From contig OZ024741.1 in the NCBI GenBank assembly GCA_964016885.1, positions 46,314,001-46,378,000 on the forward strand: 64,000 nucleotides of DNA. The letters are read 5' to 3'. The position numbers and the translations under genes were made by a program. Positions within the stretch are counted from its first letter, which is position 1. Each line of letters opens with the position of its first letter. This document shows, in pieces, positions 44,657 through 60,854 of the stretch. The notes under the pieces are model-generated. The model was given only the letters and a program-made list of their open reading frames with translations, was not told where the DNA came from and did no database searches. Source of the DNA: Eledone cirrhosa. Taxonomy: Eukaryota.

Positions 44657-44989
44657 GTGTGTGTATAGATATACGTATTTATATATATATGTGTGTGTGT
44701 GTGTATAGTTAAGAGAGCTTCAACTACTGATGGAGTGGTAGGGGTGCCGTCCTGACACGGTCTATAGGGAATCTTTAAATCTGGCGGAGCCTATACTTCT
44801 CCATGTCGGAACATGGATGTATGTGTATGTATGCGTGTGTGTATTATGTATGTATGTATCTGTGTGTGTATGTATGTGTGCATTTATGTATGTATGCATG
44901 TATGTATGTATGCATATTTGTATTTATGTGTATATATATATATATACGTATTTATATATATGTAAATATACGTATTTATATATATACGA

Positions 44990-45063
<74 letters not shown>

Positions 45064-45145
45064 TTACATATATAAATACATATACATATATGCATATATA
45101 TATAAATACGAATATATATATGCATAAATTCAAATATACATACAG

Positions 45146-45178
<33 letters not shown>

Positions 45179-45971
45179 CATACATGCATACATACATACA
45201 TACATACATACATACATACATACATACATACATACATACATACATACATACATACATACATACATACATACATACAACAAAGATATATCGAATCAATGAT
45301 AACATTATGATTAACTTCAAATGCGAATGAGAGAAAACGGGAATGGAGGCGGGAAAAAGAAGAGAAAAGCTAAAATAAATGGAATGAAATAAAATAGAAA
45401 TATAGAATTAAAAAAAGAAATTGAATGGAAGAAAGAGAACTAAGTGAACAACATCGACTACTGTAATAACAATAGATGAGTTTCAAATCCTTGCAAATAT
45501 AAAATAGATAAGTTCAAACAGAAATTTAGGTTAACACAATGTTAGTAACTCGTATGGGTTTTTTTAAACAGCCATTTTCTAAAGTCTTTTAGTCATTCTC
45601 GGATTTCTGTTTACTTGTTTTGTCTTTGGTTTGTTTGTTTGTTTTCTTCTATTTTGTTTTTTTATTTTTCTTGTTTTTTATATGGCGTTTTGTGGTTTTG
45701 GTTATTCGTGATAAAAATATTTTGATTAATTGATTTTTATTTTTCAATCAGTTTCTTTTTAATAATCCAGATTGTTTACATACCTGCTTAAAAATCACAT
45801 TTCCCATGAGAAGGTTGTCAAATTTTCAATCTTAACAAATTTTAGCTTTCATTTCAAAAAGTGATATAAAGTATATATTTTTTTTTAATTTTCAAAAATG
45901 TAACTGTTATTTCAAGAACTTGTTTTGTTTCATATTTTTTTTTCTAACTATATTTTCTCACTGTGTCTTCC

Positions 45972-46002
<31 letters not shown>

Positions 46003-46265
46003 CAGCGTATATATGTATATATGTCTCACTTATTAGAATTTATAAAACGTAAGCAAGTTATCATTCCAAGTAAACATACTTGAAATAAAGTGTAATGTTT
46101 TGAAAGTTCCAGTAATATCTTTTGCATTGTTCTCAAACATTGATTTTACGCGTTCCTTCTGAGAAGTTTATCTAAAATAATGAAGTTCAGTGTAAACATT
46201 GCGAAACAAAATACTTTAAAGAGTAAATCAAAGATATTAAATGAATGCCCAGAGGAATCTATCTT

Positions 46266-46305
<40 letters not shown>

Positions 46306-46362
46306 CTCTTTTCGTTTTTCTGTCTATATATATATATGTGTGTATGTGTGTGTGTATGTACG

Positions 46363-46408
<46 letters not shown>

Positions 46409-46475
46409 TATATTATATATGTGTGTGTGTGAGTGTGTGTGGGTATGCATATACATATATATATACATTTATATA

Positions 46476-46566
<91 letters not shown>

Positions 46567-46756
46567 ATACATATATAAATATGTGCATACACACACATAT
46601 ACATACAAGCACACACAGACACATATATTTATAGACACAAAAGGGAAGAGAGAGAGCATAGAATAGACTACTTTACTGAGTTCGTACTCATCCTCTGTGC
46701 TCAGAGTTCAAATTTCACCGAGCTCAACCTGTCATCCTTTTCTGATCGATAAATAT

Positions 46757-46940
46757 AATTGTTTCTACATTTGGCACAAGGCCAGTAATTATCCCAGTGT
46801 ATTACTGGTACTTTATTTGATCGGCCCCGTAAGGATGAAAGGCAAAGTTAACCTCGGCGGGATTTGAACTCAGAATGACAAGGGCCGTAACTCTATGCGT
46901 CAAAGCATGGCGTCCGACCCTCTACCGATACTGCCAATCC
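46757..46940 (-). mobile_element. tRNA-SINE nested antisense inside an older SINE (~46655-46975)
   Basis: TSD atcgataaatataat at 46745-46759 and 46941-46955. Confidence 0.85.
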
Positions 46941-47439
46941 ATCGATAAATATAATACCAGTTTAATACTGAGATAGATCTTTCCACTCTTTCCCCTCGCT
47001 CTCTCCCTCTCTCTCCCTCTCTCTCCCTCTTTCCCCTCTACTCCCTCTATCTTCCTTTCTCTCTCCCTCTCTCCGTCTCTCCTCCTCTCTCACTCACTAT
47101 CCATCACTCTCCCTCTCTCTCTTTTCTCTCTCCTCACTCTCTCGTTCTCTCCCTCTATCTTCCTTTCTCTCTCCCTCTCTCACCCTCTATCTCCCTTTCT
47201 CTATCCCCATCCCCCCCCACTCTCTCTCTCTCTCCTATCTCTCTATGCGAAATCGATTGTGTTAAGACCAGGTAAACGATGCGCTTCACCAGGTTTAGTT
47301 GCCCTTCGATTTCGTCAGAAGATAGGGGCCCATGAATACATAACAACCTTAAACTGTTGGCAGCAAAGCCAATCTTTCACTGCAACACCACGATAGCACC
47401 AACGACACTAGATCTAACAACCAACTGATACAACTGAGC

Positions 47440-47900
47440 TTAAATATATACGTACCCAAGTAACAAATCTAGAAAACTCTCAAATACTTCAAACTTAACC
47501 ATCTGCTCCATTAACGACCCCACCTAATACTAAAAGCACATGGTAGCAAACAAAATGTGAAAAAAGATTGAAACACTAGTTAGCCTGAAACTGGACCCCA
47601 TGAGGCAAAGATCTGTATGAAAACATAGAGTGCAAATATGAGGTAAAGTCTACTAGTGACACATAAATATATCGGTGCAGCTGCAAAGAGTTTCAAAAAG
47701 CGCCTCTACATGCACATACATTTGTTTAAAAATAAAAACCAACCTTCAGGCATTAATCGAACTCCAAATGCATTTTACAACTTCTTTATTTTGTCTTGGA
47801 TTGCTTCAGCATCTGAAAAGAGGATATTAACACTGAAATATAATGTTAAAATACACTGGGTAAAACATTACTTTGCTTTGTGTTGTTTTATTTGTCATTA
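47440..47900 (+). pseudogene. Degenerate Penelope-like GIY-YIG remnant
   Basis: KYIGAAAKSFKKRLYMH..F resembles the YIG..FK.R...H motif. Confidence 0.45.
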
Positions 47901-47962
47901 TTTTCCCTTCGTAGTTTCTACCGCATTGTACCGGCAATAAAAAAAAATGATCGGTTTTTTAC

Positions 47963-47994
<32 letters not shown>

Positions 47995-48012
47995 TGTGTA
48001 TATATATATATG

Positions 48013-48067
<55 letters not shown>

Positions 48068-48547
48068 GCATCAAAAGCTCCCATGACCAGTCGTCAGACA
48101 ATTGGTTTTCATTTTAGCAAGAAACTCAAAGTAATGTGTCTGTAAAACTTTAAATTTCCAATAAATCAATCAAAACGCTTACCGACATTTACTACCCACT
48201 ATTATTGTGGAATATTTCCTATCATATTTTTCCACTATACATGTATGTGTATGTATGTCTGTAAGTGTGCATATGTGTAAGCACCTATGTGTGCATATAC
48301 ATGTGTATCTGTCTGCATTTGTGTGAGTTGGTGCGTTACTTTACTTTCTAAACTTTCGCAATAACTGGTGTTTTACATGTTCACTCGTATATGATTTAAT
48401 ATCATTATTGTGAAAGTAGGGGTGATATCAATAATAAGATCATATTGTGAAACTTCTTTGAAATGTGATCTTCTAGATAATTGTGTTTTCAGATCAGATT
48501 TTTCTGCCCAATAAATTTATGGGCATCGACTAAATAAATTCGAAGAA

Positions 48548-48677
<130 letters not shown>

Positions 48678-49020
48678 TGTTTCTGCTACCAATACCCACA
48701 AACGATAAATGTTGACGAATAAATACATGAGAAAATTACTACTTGTATATACTAAGTTATATTTTTTTTCACACTAGCAATATACGAACTTCGTTTTATA
48801 TTTTTACATTTATGTTTGAGAAGTGAGCGCGAGGAAATAAACAAGCTTATGGTGTTTTGGAGCGTGAATGGAAAATAGTAAGATGAGTAATCAACAAATT
48901 TGAACGCCATTATGAAGTCTAGTGAGTCTTCATATATATATATATATATTATGTATGTGTGTGTGTGTGTGTGCGTCTGTGTGTGTGTGCATATGTGTGT
49001 GTGTGTGTATGTGTGTGTGT

Positions 49021-49127
<107 letters not shown>

Positions 49128-52100
49128 GTTAGTAGTTTCCTTTGTTAGTAGACACGTACAGCATTAAAGGATGCCGCCGGAATACAATTAGGCTTTTACG
49201 AAATTGTATATAATAATATAGGAAGACATTGAATGTATATCATTTATTTGATGTCCTCCGGTCATCTTTGTAATCGTTGTCATCAACATTCTGAATGAAG
49301 ACATCGTATCAGGAAAACACTGCTATTATTATCTTTTCTATTATACTTATTTTTACTTTGGTAGGTTTCATGTCCATACTAATGCATAGATAGTATTTAC
49401 GAAAATGGACGAATGTGTCTGATTTTATGAAATGTAAAAGATAAAGCTGGAAATTCACTTTGGTGAATGTCTTGGAATTAAATTGAATCAACCATTAGTG
49501 ATAATCTTCAATATTCATTCTTTCACAACTTTAACAAGATTAGTTTTCAAAATTTGAATGGCAATTTTCAAGATGAATTTTTTTTATTTTTCTGTAGTAT
49601 ATTAAGATAATTTTTACTGCATGCGTAATGTCATTGATTTATGAAATCGTTGTAGTATATATGGATTTTGTAATTTATTCTTTTCAACTGGGTTTTTTTT
49701 TTCAGTATATAAAACATTTGTGAACGGGAACGTTGTTAGTTTTACGCTTCCAATAGGTCAATAACTCGTTCACTGTGTATATGAATTTTAATGGTTATCG
49801 TTTAACCTCTGTTTTTCTATGTTTGCATAGAATGGACGAAGCCGAAATTTACGAGGTTCGATTGAAAAGTTCATAGGCTAACCAAGATACTCTCATGAAA
49901 TGACTTATTGTTCTACATAGCCCCTGGAAAGAAACAATGCTGTTATTAATAAGTAGGTTTGAAATTAATGCATGCAAGATTTCACAGCTCTTGCATTATA
50001 GAATGAACGAGGATGAAGATTACAAGGTTCGATTGAAATGTTCATAGGCTAACCAAGATACTCTCATGGAACCACCAAATGAGTTTATTTTTCAACATAG
50101 TCCCTGAAAAGAAACAATGCTGTTATTAATAAGAAGAGTTAAAATTAATGCATGCAAGATTTCATGGCTCTAACATCCCTCCTTCATAGTCAGTCAATGG
50201 ACTTTTCAGCCGACCCTCGTATCTCAGCTTCATAAATGACTGAAAATATACGACTCCTCTGTCAGACAGGATAACTATCCATTGTACAGGTAACCTCCAG
50301 TTGCTTCAGTTACTCATTTATTTCAGGTGAGTGAATTGGAGCAACGTGGAACTGTCTTACAATGCGTTATATGGGAATCGACACCACGAAACTTACGATT
50401 GTAAACCCAACTCGCTAACCACCACCAGACAGTGCTCCTTATGTAATTACTTATATCTATAATACTTTCTACATTAATACTTCATTATCTTGTCTAGATA
50501 GGCATATGAAGTATAAAAAGATTTCATCTCTGAAGATGGAGTTAATAGTCCGAAAAATTATAATTATATGAACAATAATTCATTTTTAACATTTAGACAT
50601 TTATTATATTGATTTAAAATAGCTCAGATATCTACTGTGACCAGGTCAATAAAACATATAACACAATGACTACGATTTTATTGATTCTATTACAGAATCT
50701 TTTTAATATGTCTCGGACCTACTTTTCTAATGTAATTTTTGCTGTTATAATTGTTTAAACCCACATAAATCCTGTTTGAGGAGACATATGAGGGTCGGCA
50801 GAAAAGTTCAATGGCTGACTATGAAGGAGGGATGTTAGAGCTGTGAATTCTTGCATGCATTAATTTCAACTCTTATTAATAACTGCCTTGTTCCTTTACA
50901 GGGACTATGTTGAAAAATAAACCTCATTTGTTCATTCCATGAGAGTAACTTGGTCAGCCTATGAAGGATTGATGCTAGAGCTGTGAAATCTTTCATACAT
51001 TAATTTCAACTCTTCTTTTTCAACTCTTGTTTTTTCCAAGGACTATGTTGAAAAATAAACCTCATTTGTTCATTCCATGAGAGTAACTTGGTCAGCCTAT
51101 GAAGGAGTGATGCTAGAGCTGTGAAATCTTGCATGCATTAATTTCAACTCTTCTTATTTTCAACTGACCCTCGTATGATCAAAAGCATAGAATGCAACAG
51201 AGACCTGTTAAATCAATATTAGAATTGACACTAAGGCTCTAGCTACGATTTCATTGAACTTACTGAAATGTTTTCAATTTGTGTTAGACTTATTCACAAT
51301 AATATTTATGTTGTGGTTGTTATACTTGTTTAGCCCTCGGTAAACCATGTTTGAGAAAACATGTAATCAAAGGAGTTTCAAACTTTTCCATTTCGTCTTT
51401 TTGTCAGGCATAGTATAGGGCAAATCCTTCGTCGGTTTGGGGGGTGAGCAGTCAGTTGTTTGACCAATTAAACGTCCCACTCGTTAAATTCTGAATTCAA
51501 TAAGTGCATAAAGAGAACTTTAGAAATTGTTAAAACTCAAAATTTAATGCATAAGTATTAATCAAATTGACAGTGGAGAGCACTGCAGTAATATATTCTT
51601 TAAAAGGGGGGGGGCGTCCAACAGAATTTTGGGAAACTCTGATATAGAGCAAATATGGTTAAAGTTAGGAGATATATAAAGAATCAAAAGAACGTCAAAG
51701 AATCTAAGGAGTAATTAGCTCATACCTTTTAAAGCAGCTAAGTGAATAGAAACTATGAAAACGTTACTATGGAAACCTACATAAATCATTTGAAATGACT
51801 CGAATGTGACTTTTTAAAACGATCGGTATAGAAGCCATGTTTGGTTTCTTGAGGCAATTAATATTTGTTTTAACGGTAAACTTTCTATTCGAGAAGGTAA
51901 ATTGAATTTTAAGTGTATTAAGTGGCTTGTTACGACGTCAGTGTATCAATTGAGAGTAATGGAAGGATGACAAAGGACGGGGAGTTGGGAAGAGGGTTAC
52001 AATCACTTCAGAAAAACACATTCAATAATATAAGTGTTATACTTCTATAGGTTTGCTGCTTTAATATATTGTGTGCTTTTATCAACACGAATACCCCTGT

Positions 52101-52357
52101 TAATATGCATACACTTCAGGCCGTAGACGATCAATTTTAGCATTAAATTGTTATATAAGTGATTTGCGACACTGAGCCCTCTTAGCTCGTGAATGCGAAA
52201 TATCCAATAACAAAAATGTGTTTGGTTAGAAAATCAATACCGAATCGAATCCTATTAGAGATTCTTTGCTAAGCTATTTCAGAAACCACTTCGGAAGTTG
52301 GCTCGCATCCCATCTCTGCTTAATGACATAAAGGTCATCATTTTGCTGGAAATATCA

Positions 52358-52672
52358 TCTATATATCTAAAACAGAGAATGTCTGTATGTCTGTCTGTCT
52401 GACTCCCTAAAATTCGAGAACCACCCAACCGACTTTTTTCAAACTTTACACATGCAATTGTTATAGTCCTGCGAGTGTTTTGAGCAACATAAATTTCAAA
52501 TTTTCAATGCCCTACTGACCGCCGCATTAGGCGATTTAGCGATCTCTCTCTATAATTCTTAGTCTTTCTTTTTAGATAGATACATAGATATAACGTTGAG
52601 CCCTTATAATATCTGTCTGTGTGTCTAGCTGTCTGCATTATGACATTATGACGCTATATGTGTGTATATATA

Positions 52673-52736
<64 letters not shown>

Positions 52737-53285
52737 TCGGGATTTGCTCTAGGGTTCTTATATATTTGATATATATTTATCCTTATCGAGCCTTGTGAAA
52801 TAAATACGTTTGTTTATATCTTGTTATTGTGTATGCAAAACTATCTGTACACGAATATATAATTATATATATTAAAATAACAGATTAAAGTTTAAGCAAA
52901 GAATCGCTGCTTTCACCCTTAACGGGATATTCTGAAACTAAAAAATCAATCTGTGAACGCAGAAGTAAATATTTTGAAAAATGTTACACATTATATATAT
53001 ATATATAATGTGTAACATTTTTCAAAATATTTACTTCTGCGTTCACAGATTGATTTTTTAGTTTCAGAATATCCCGTTAAGGGTGAAAGCAGCGATTCTT
53101 TGCTTAAACTTTAATCTGTTATTTTAATATATATAATTATATATTCGTGTACAGATAGTTTTGCATACACAATAACAAGATATAAACAAACGTATTTATT
53201 TCACAAGGCTCGATAAGGATAAATATATATCAAATATATAAGAACCCTAGAGCAAATCCCGAGCATCGCCGGGCTATTCTGGTAG
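52358..53285 (+). mobile_element. Non-autonomous Helitron-like element containing a 534 bp palindrome (52733-53266)
   Basis: 5' A|TCTATATA..(GTCT)n, a 3' GC hairpin cccgagcatcgccggg, and end gtag|T (degenerate CTAG). Confidence 0.6.
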
Positions 53286-53408
53286 TATTCTATTAAATCT
53301 AATATACCTCTAATTAGATTTGTCGATGTGAGTTCGTCTCGTTCACACAAACATTTTAAATATACATATATATGTGTGGAAACATATATTTATATGTACA
53401 CACACACG

Positions 53409-53459
<51 letters not shown>

Positions 53460-53683
53460 CAAAGAAAGTGTGGTAAGGAATCAGGTTGGCCATAACACAC
53501 CAGAGTACTAGATACTTAGGATAGGAGAGTGGGTAATAGGAAAAGAGTCAGGACTCCGACGGCTGAGCTCCGACCGTTTCGACAGCTAGATCCGAACGAT
53601 CTAGCTGTCGAAACGGCCAGTGCTCAGCTGTCGGTGTCCTGACTTTTTTCCTATATATATATTTTTTTTTTTTAATATAGAAA

Positions 53684-53734
53684 AACTTCTACAGGACTAG
53701 AACTGTTTCATTCGTGAGAAATCATCAGGAAGTT
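53684..53734 (-). ncRNA. Type I hammerhead ribozyme (F8); relative in palindrome 60111-60236
   Basis: aacttc CTGATGA tttctcacgaat GAAA cagttctagtcctg TA gaagtt. Confidence 0.82.
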
Positions 53735-53808
53735 CAGGTATTGAGTACCTTACTTACTGTGGTTACCCCCGATTGAACCCGGAATAACTTATATATATAT
53801 ATATATAT

Positions 53809-54159
53809 TAGAAAGTGAGGTTTTTTTTACAAAATGAAAAATAACCGAGGTGTCCTACACGAGTGAAAGTATAAAGAACAAAAGATGAAATCGAAAATGC
53901 AACTGGAGTCTTATTTAAAAAAAATATATATATATTTATTTGGTTCCTTTACCGGTTTCGCAGTTCTGCTTTTCAAAAGTAGAGTTGAGATGGAGGGTCT
54001 GTGGTTTTTCTCACATCTGCTGTGAGAAAAACCACAGACCCTCCATCTCAACTCTACTTTTGAAAAGCAGAACTGCGAAACCGGTAAAGGAACCAAATAA
54101 ATATATATATATATTTTTAAATAAGACTCCAGTTGCATTTTTCGATTTCATCTTTTGTT

Positions 54160-54165
<6 letters not shown>
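53809..54165. mobile_element. PLE family F6 head-to-head palindrome
   Basis: Arms 53870-54015 and 54021-54165, with (TA)n on both sides. U3-A8 hammerhead at 54057-54089. Confidence 0.75.
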
Positions 54166-54228
<63 letters not shown>

Positions 54229-54378
54229 GTTTTGTTTACATGCCAACACAAGAGCAAGAATGATCAGGTCATTCTACTGACATGGCTTTAAAGAGGCTGT
54301 TTGCATAATTGCAAATCAATCGAAAACCTCAGATTACATTTACTGTATTCAGCCAAGTAGAGCGATTAACTATTTGTC

Positions 54379-54462
<84 letters not shown>

Positions 54463-54637
54463 GATATCCGTTGATAAAAAGCCAAGGTAAACAATGCTCT
54501 ATATATATATATATATATGTATATATAGGAAAAACTCCGACAGGGTTAAATTTTTACCTATTTCCCACTCTACTATCCTAAATATTGAGTACTCTGGTGC
54601 GTTATGGCTCATCTGGTTCCTTACCACACTTCCTTCG

Positions 54638-54717
<80 letters not shown>

Positions 54718-54900
54718 GAGAAGGATAGAACATCTGGGTTTTTTTGAGGACAAAATACTAACAAGACAATATGAATTTAGGCAACTTTATTACTCAATGC
54801 GATGTGTTTTTATGTTGAATCAGTGTCAGAGTAATAAAATTATGGCTTTTATTTATATTTAAGACTGTAGGTTTAATACAATATCATTTTAAAATTTCAG

Positions 54901-54964
54901 AGCACCGAAGAGCCGCAGGTTCCCTATCCCTAGTGTAGAGGCACTCTCGAGGGCTCCTGGCCAG
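54901..54964 (+). other. Candidate host exon (64 nt)
   Basis: GC-rich island bounded by tttcag| and CAG|gtagat. Single open frame, APKSRRFPIPSVEALSRAPGQ. Confidence 0.35.
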
Positions 54965-55641
54965 GTAGATTATCGTTGTTAGAAATACTCACAAAACAGC
55001 TCCAGTGACGAAATATGAACCTTTAACCTTATAATCATAATACTGGCAATCTCATGAAACACTGACAACGATATTTTCATTAAAACAAACAAATCACTAT
55101 ATGTTCGGTATAACTTCATTTATATTGCATTTGTGTTTGGAAGGCGAAATTGCATGTAGTATAATATTTGGGTTTCAATTAAGATTTAAACCTTTTGGTA
55201 AATAGCGGTTTATAATTCACTGTTCAATTTGAAAGCGGCATTATTACATTTTACAACATAAACCGAAATATAATGGACATTTTTCAACCTTTGAATTACT
55301 CCAGTTTGTTTGAAATCCTAAATATTAACTTTAAAATATCGACAGAATTACGAGTTTATATTTCCAAATTTAATAGTGAAACTTCAAAGATTTTATATTC
55401 CAAGCCAATAGGCTTTAAAGAAAATTATTTAAAAAACATAAACTTATTAGATATTAGATATTCGATATTAATAATCTCTTTGCCTAAGTAGAAATCGATG
55501 TGGTCAACATGTACATAACACAATATGTAGTGCGCATATTGTCTATCGTTAACGGTTTGTCGTGTATTTTAAATAACCTTATTTATTAATAACAACGTGA
55601 AGATACTTTTGTACTTAAGTGATTACTAGATGATTCTAAAC

Positions 55642-55692
<51 letters not shown>

Positions 55693-56593
55693 TTAACAAC
55701 AAACAACTTAGGAAGCTAGAATTAATCCTAAGTCTCATAATTCTTCTGAAAGGATGAATTTTAATCTGCTTCTCTAAATATATTTATAGTAAAACGGTTT
55801 CTTTGGAATAAAATACTCGATTTATACAATTCTTTTCATAAATTCATAATAACCTTACGAACGTATTCAGAATACTTCTTGTTTATATTTTGTTATTTTG
55901 TGGGGTTTTCATAGACATATGAAAGTTAGTAAATCTCGTTGAATGATATAACAATACTCAGATGATCAAGAAATACTAATTATTTCTGGAATACATGATT
56001 GATCAAAATTAGCGAATCGCCCGAAAATGTTCTATTTTACTTGGAAACACATAAATAAAGACGGGAGATTGTGAATCGGCTTAAACAGATACTAAGCGTT
56101 TATGGATGACTGAAATATTTCAGAAGTAAATGTAGACAAATAATTGACGGTTTCATTGTTCATATTCTGCCATCAACACAGCATTCTCTAATAAATGCAG
56201 CAAAGCCGAATGGTTAAGGTGTTCACTTCACATTCATAAGGTCCCACTAGCAAGTGACCTTTACCAAATCCTCCAATCGACACGAGCTTTGTAAGTGAAA
56301 TTGGGAAGAAGGAAACTGTTTGGAAACTCATCGAATAAACTGTAACTATAAATGAAAGGGTTAGCTTTGTTACATTTTATCATGCTGAATCTTCCTGAAA
56401 ATTATGTTAAGAGGACATGTGTCTGAGACACATTCAGCCACTTTCACACAAATTTCACCAGTGGGTGGCTCCTTGGTCGAATGACTGAAAAGTACTGTGT
56501 GTCGCAAATCGATAGCATCCCCCCTGAGCGGCTGCTTAAAAGATCTCTCACTTCATCGAAGTGAATGCTGTGGTTATTAAAGGTTTAGGCTGA

Positions 56594-56642
<49 letters not shown>

Positions 56643-56662
56643 CATATATATATATATTATAA

Positions 56663-56730
<68 letters not shown>

Positions 56731-56772
56731 GGGGGATAGATAGATAGATAGATACATACATACATACATAAA

Positions 56773-56808
<36 letters not shown>

Positions 56809-57186
56809 TATATATATCTATCTATATATATATATATATGATATATATGCATGTATATATACATATATATGTGTGTATGTGTGTATTGACATCTAATTGA
56901 CAGTCATATGTTATTGGTAAATTTTAATGGAAAGAAAAACAAAAATTATAGATTTTCTGTAAAAACAAACTTCCATCAATGAAGGAAAGAAATTACTATG
57001 TAATATATCATTTGAAAAGAAAAGGAATTATAAATATTTTTGACAACAGCCTAATGCATTTTAGATAGTTCTACCATTTTTCCTTAATACAAATAGTACA
57101 CCGAAATAATGTACAGGAGAAAAGAAATCTTTCGGATTTTACAAATATAAAGTAAATACACAAATGAAACAGCAGAGGTTATTTTG

Positions 57187-57244
57187 ATATAAAACAAGGA
57201 TATAGATTATATACATATGTGTGTGTGAGTGTGTGTGTGTGTGT

Positions 57245-57291
<47 letters not shown>

Positions 57292-57326
57292 GGTAAAATA
57301 TAATCATATAAAACAAGGATATAGAT

Positions 57327-57364
<38 letters not shown>

Positions 57365-57421
57365 TGTGTGTCTGTGTGTATGTGTGGGTAAAATATAATC
57401 ATATAAAACGAGGATATAGAT

Positions 57422-57468
<47 letters not shown>

Positions 57469-57810
57469 GTCTGTGTGTGTGTGTATGTGTGGGTAGTATT
57501 TAATCATAAGAAACAAGGATATAGATTATATATACTGTGTGTGTGTGTGTATATGTGTGTGTGCGTGTATGTGTGTGTGTGTCTGCATGTGTGTCTGTAT
57601 GTGTGTGTGTGTATATGTATGTGTGGGTAATATATAATTATATAAAACAAGGATGTAGATTATATATACTGTGTGTGTGTGGGAGGGGGTATGTATGTGT
57701 GGGTAATATATAATCATATAAAACAAGTATAGCTTATATATACTTTGTGTGGGTAATATATAATCATATAAAACAAGTATAGCTTATATATACTTTGTGT
57801 GTGTGTGTGT
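57187..57810 (+). repeat. Compound tandem repeat: ~40 bp core gtgggtaa(a)atataatcatataaaacaaggatatagattat alternating with (GT)n
   Basis: About seven cores visible. Confidence 0.85.
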
Positions 57811-57835
57811 GTGAAATATATAATATATATACTAT

Positions 57836-58045
57836 AAGATACCTTATATTATAATAGAACATGTTAAGATAACTTATATTATAATAGAACATGTTAAGAT
57901 AACTTATATTATAATAGAACATGTTAAGATAACTTATATTATAATAGAACTTGTTAAGATAACTTATATTTTAATAGAACATGTTAAGATAACTTATATT
58001 TTAATAGAACATGTTAAGAAACCTTATATTTTAAAGAACATGTTT
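57836..58045 (+). repeat. 30 bp minisatellite aacttatattataatagaacatgttaagat, about 7 copies
   Basis: Direct read, no spacers. Confidence 0.92.
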
Positions 58046-58100
58046 ACACTGTCTTATGATTTATTAGAGTGGGGCTTGTGACGTATTTATCAGCGGGTTA

Positions 58101-58146
<46 letters not shown>

Positions 58147-58192
58147 CACAGAAAAAAAGAGAATCAGTGTTGCGACGAATGGAATTTATTGG

Positions 58193-58286
58193 ACATATTA
58201 CAATCGTTTCTCTGGCGACCAGCTCGAGGCACGATCGAAGTGATGATCGAACCTGACTCTGAAAATCGCAAGGTCCTCAGATACGT
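58193..58286 (-). ncRNA. Type I hammerhead ribozyme with ~60 nt stem II insertion (F5)
   Basis: acgtat CTGAGGA [long structured insert] GAAA cgattg TA atatgt. Confidence 0.65.
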
Positions 58287-58421
58287 CTAGATTCTACGAC
58301 GCAGATTTTCCTTTCCTCGCAACACTGATTCTCTTTTTTTTGTGATATCACACTCTGCTCTATGAGAGCATCGAGTGATCATACGGCCTACCGCATACGG
58401 ACGCTTTAAGCATCCAACACC

Positions 58422-58485
<64 letters not shown>

Positions 58486-58536
58486 ATATATATGTGTGTA
58501 TATATATATATGTATATATATATGTGTATATATATA

Positions 58537-58595
<59 letters not shown>

Positions 58596-58644
58596 ATATA
58601 TATGTGTGTATATATATATATGTATATATATATGTGTATATATA

Positions 58645-60117
<1,473 letters not shown>

Positions 60118-60303
60118 ATATAGAAAAGCTTATACAAGACTAGAACTGTTTCATTCGTGAGAAATCATCAGGAAGCTTCTGATTTCTCACGAATGAAACA
60201 GTTCTAGTCCTGTAGAATCTTTTCTATATTAAATATTTATACTCTGCTTTGTATTGTGTACCTTACTTACTGTGGTCATCCTCGATTGAACCCGGGATAA
60301 ACT

Positions 60304-60362
<59 letters not shown>

Positions 60363-60513
60363 ATACTTTGGGAGGGCCATGTTGCCAATAAGAAACACAC
60401 GCACCAGTTGCTTTCACTTCAATTTAATTTAATATATATTTATAAATTTACAAATTTATAAATTTCTGGTTGGTTGGTTGGTTCCACAACCAGATAGTTG
60501 TTTATATATATAT

Positions 60514-60558
60514 AGTCATAGTTCTTTCGTCACACACTCTGTGACCTCTTCAGTGACT
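60514..60558 (-). ncRNA. Type I hammerhead ribozyme in the Naiad 3' region
   Basis: agtca CTGAAGA ggtcacagagtgtgtgac GAAA gaac TA tgact. Confidence 0.8.
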
Positions 60559-60854
60559 GGGGATTTCTTTCTTCGTTTCTGTGCCTTTCCTTTCTTCTAT
60601 CCTACGCCATTTTGTTTGTGTGTGGGTTGCGTGCTCAGTTTGCGCATGCGCCACATCCGGGTGTCTGTGTGTGTTTGTGTTCATTTTTCTATTTTTCTAT
60701 TTATATTTGTTTGTTTATTTATTTATTTATTGTTGGTTGGTTGTTTGTTCTATGTGTGTGTGTGTTTTCATTTTGTCTTGTGTGTGTTTTCATTTTGTGT
60801 GTGTTTTCAATTGTAAGTTGTTTATATATGTGTGTGTGTGTTTTCATTTTGTCC

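Noticed and set aside
57836-58045. 30-bp repeats as a CRISPR array
   Set aside because: Head-to-tail units without unique spacers, no cas genes, and a eukaryotic context.
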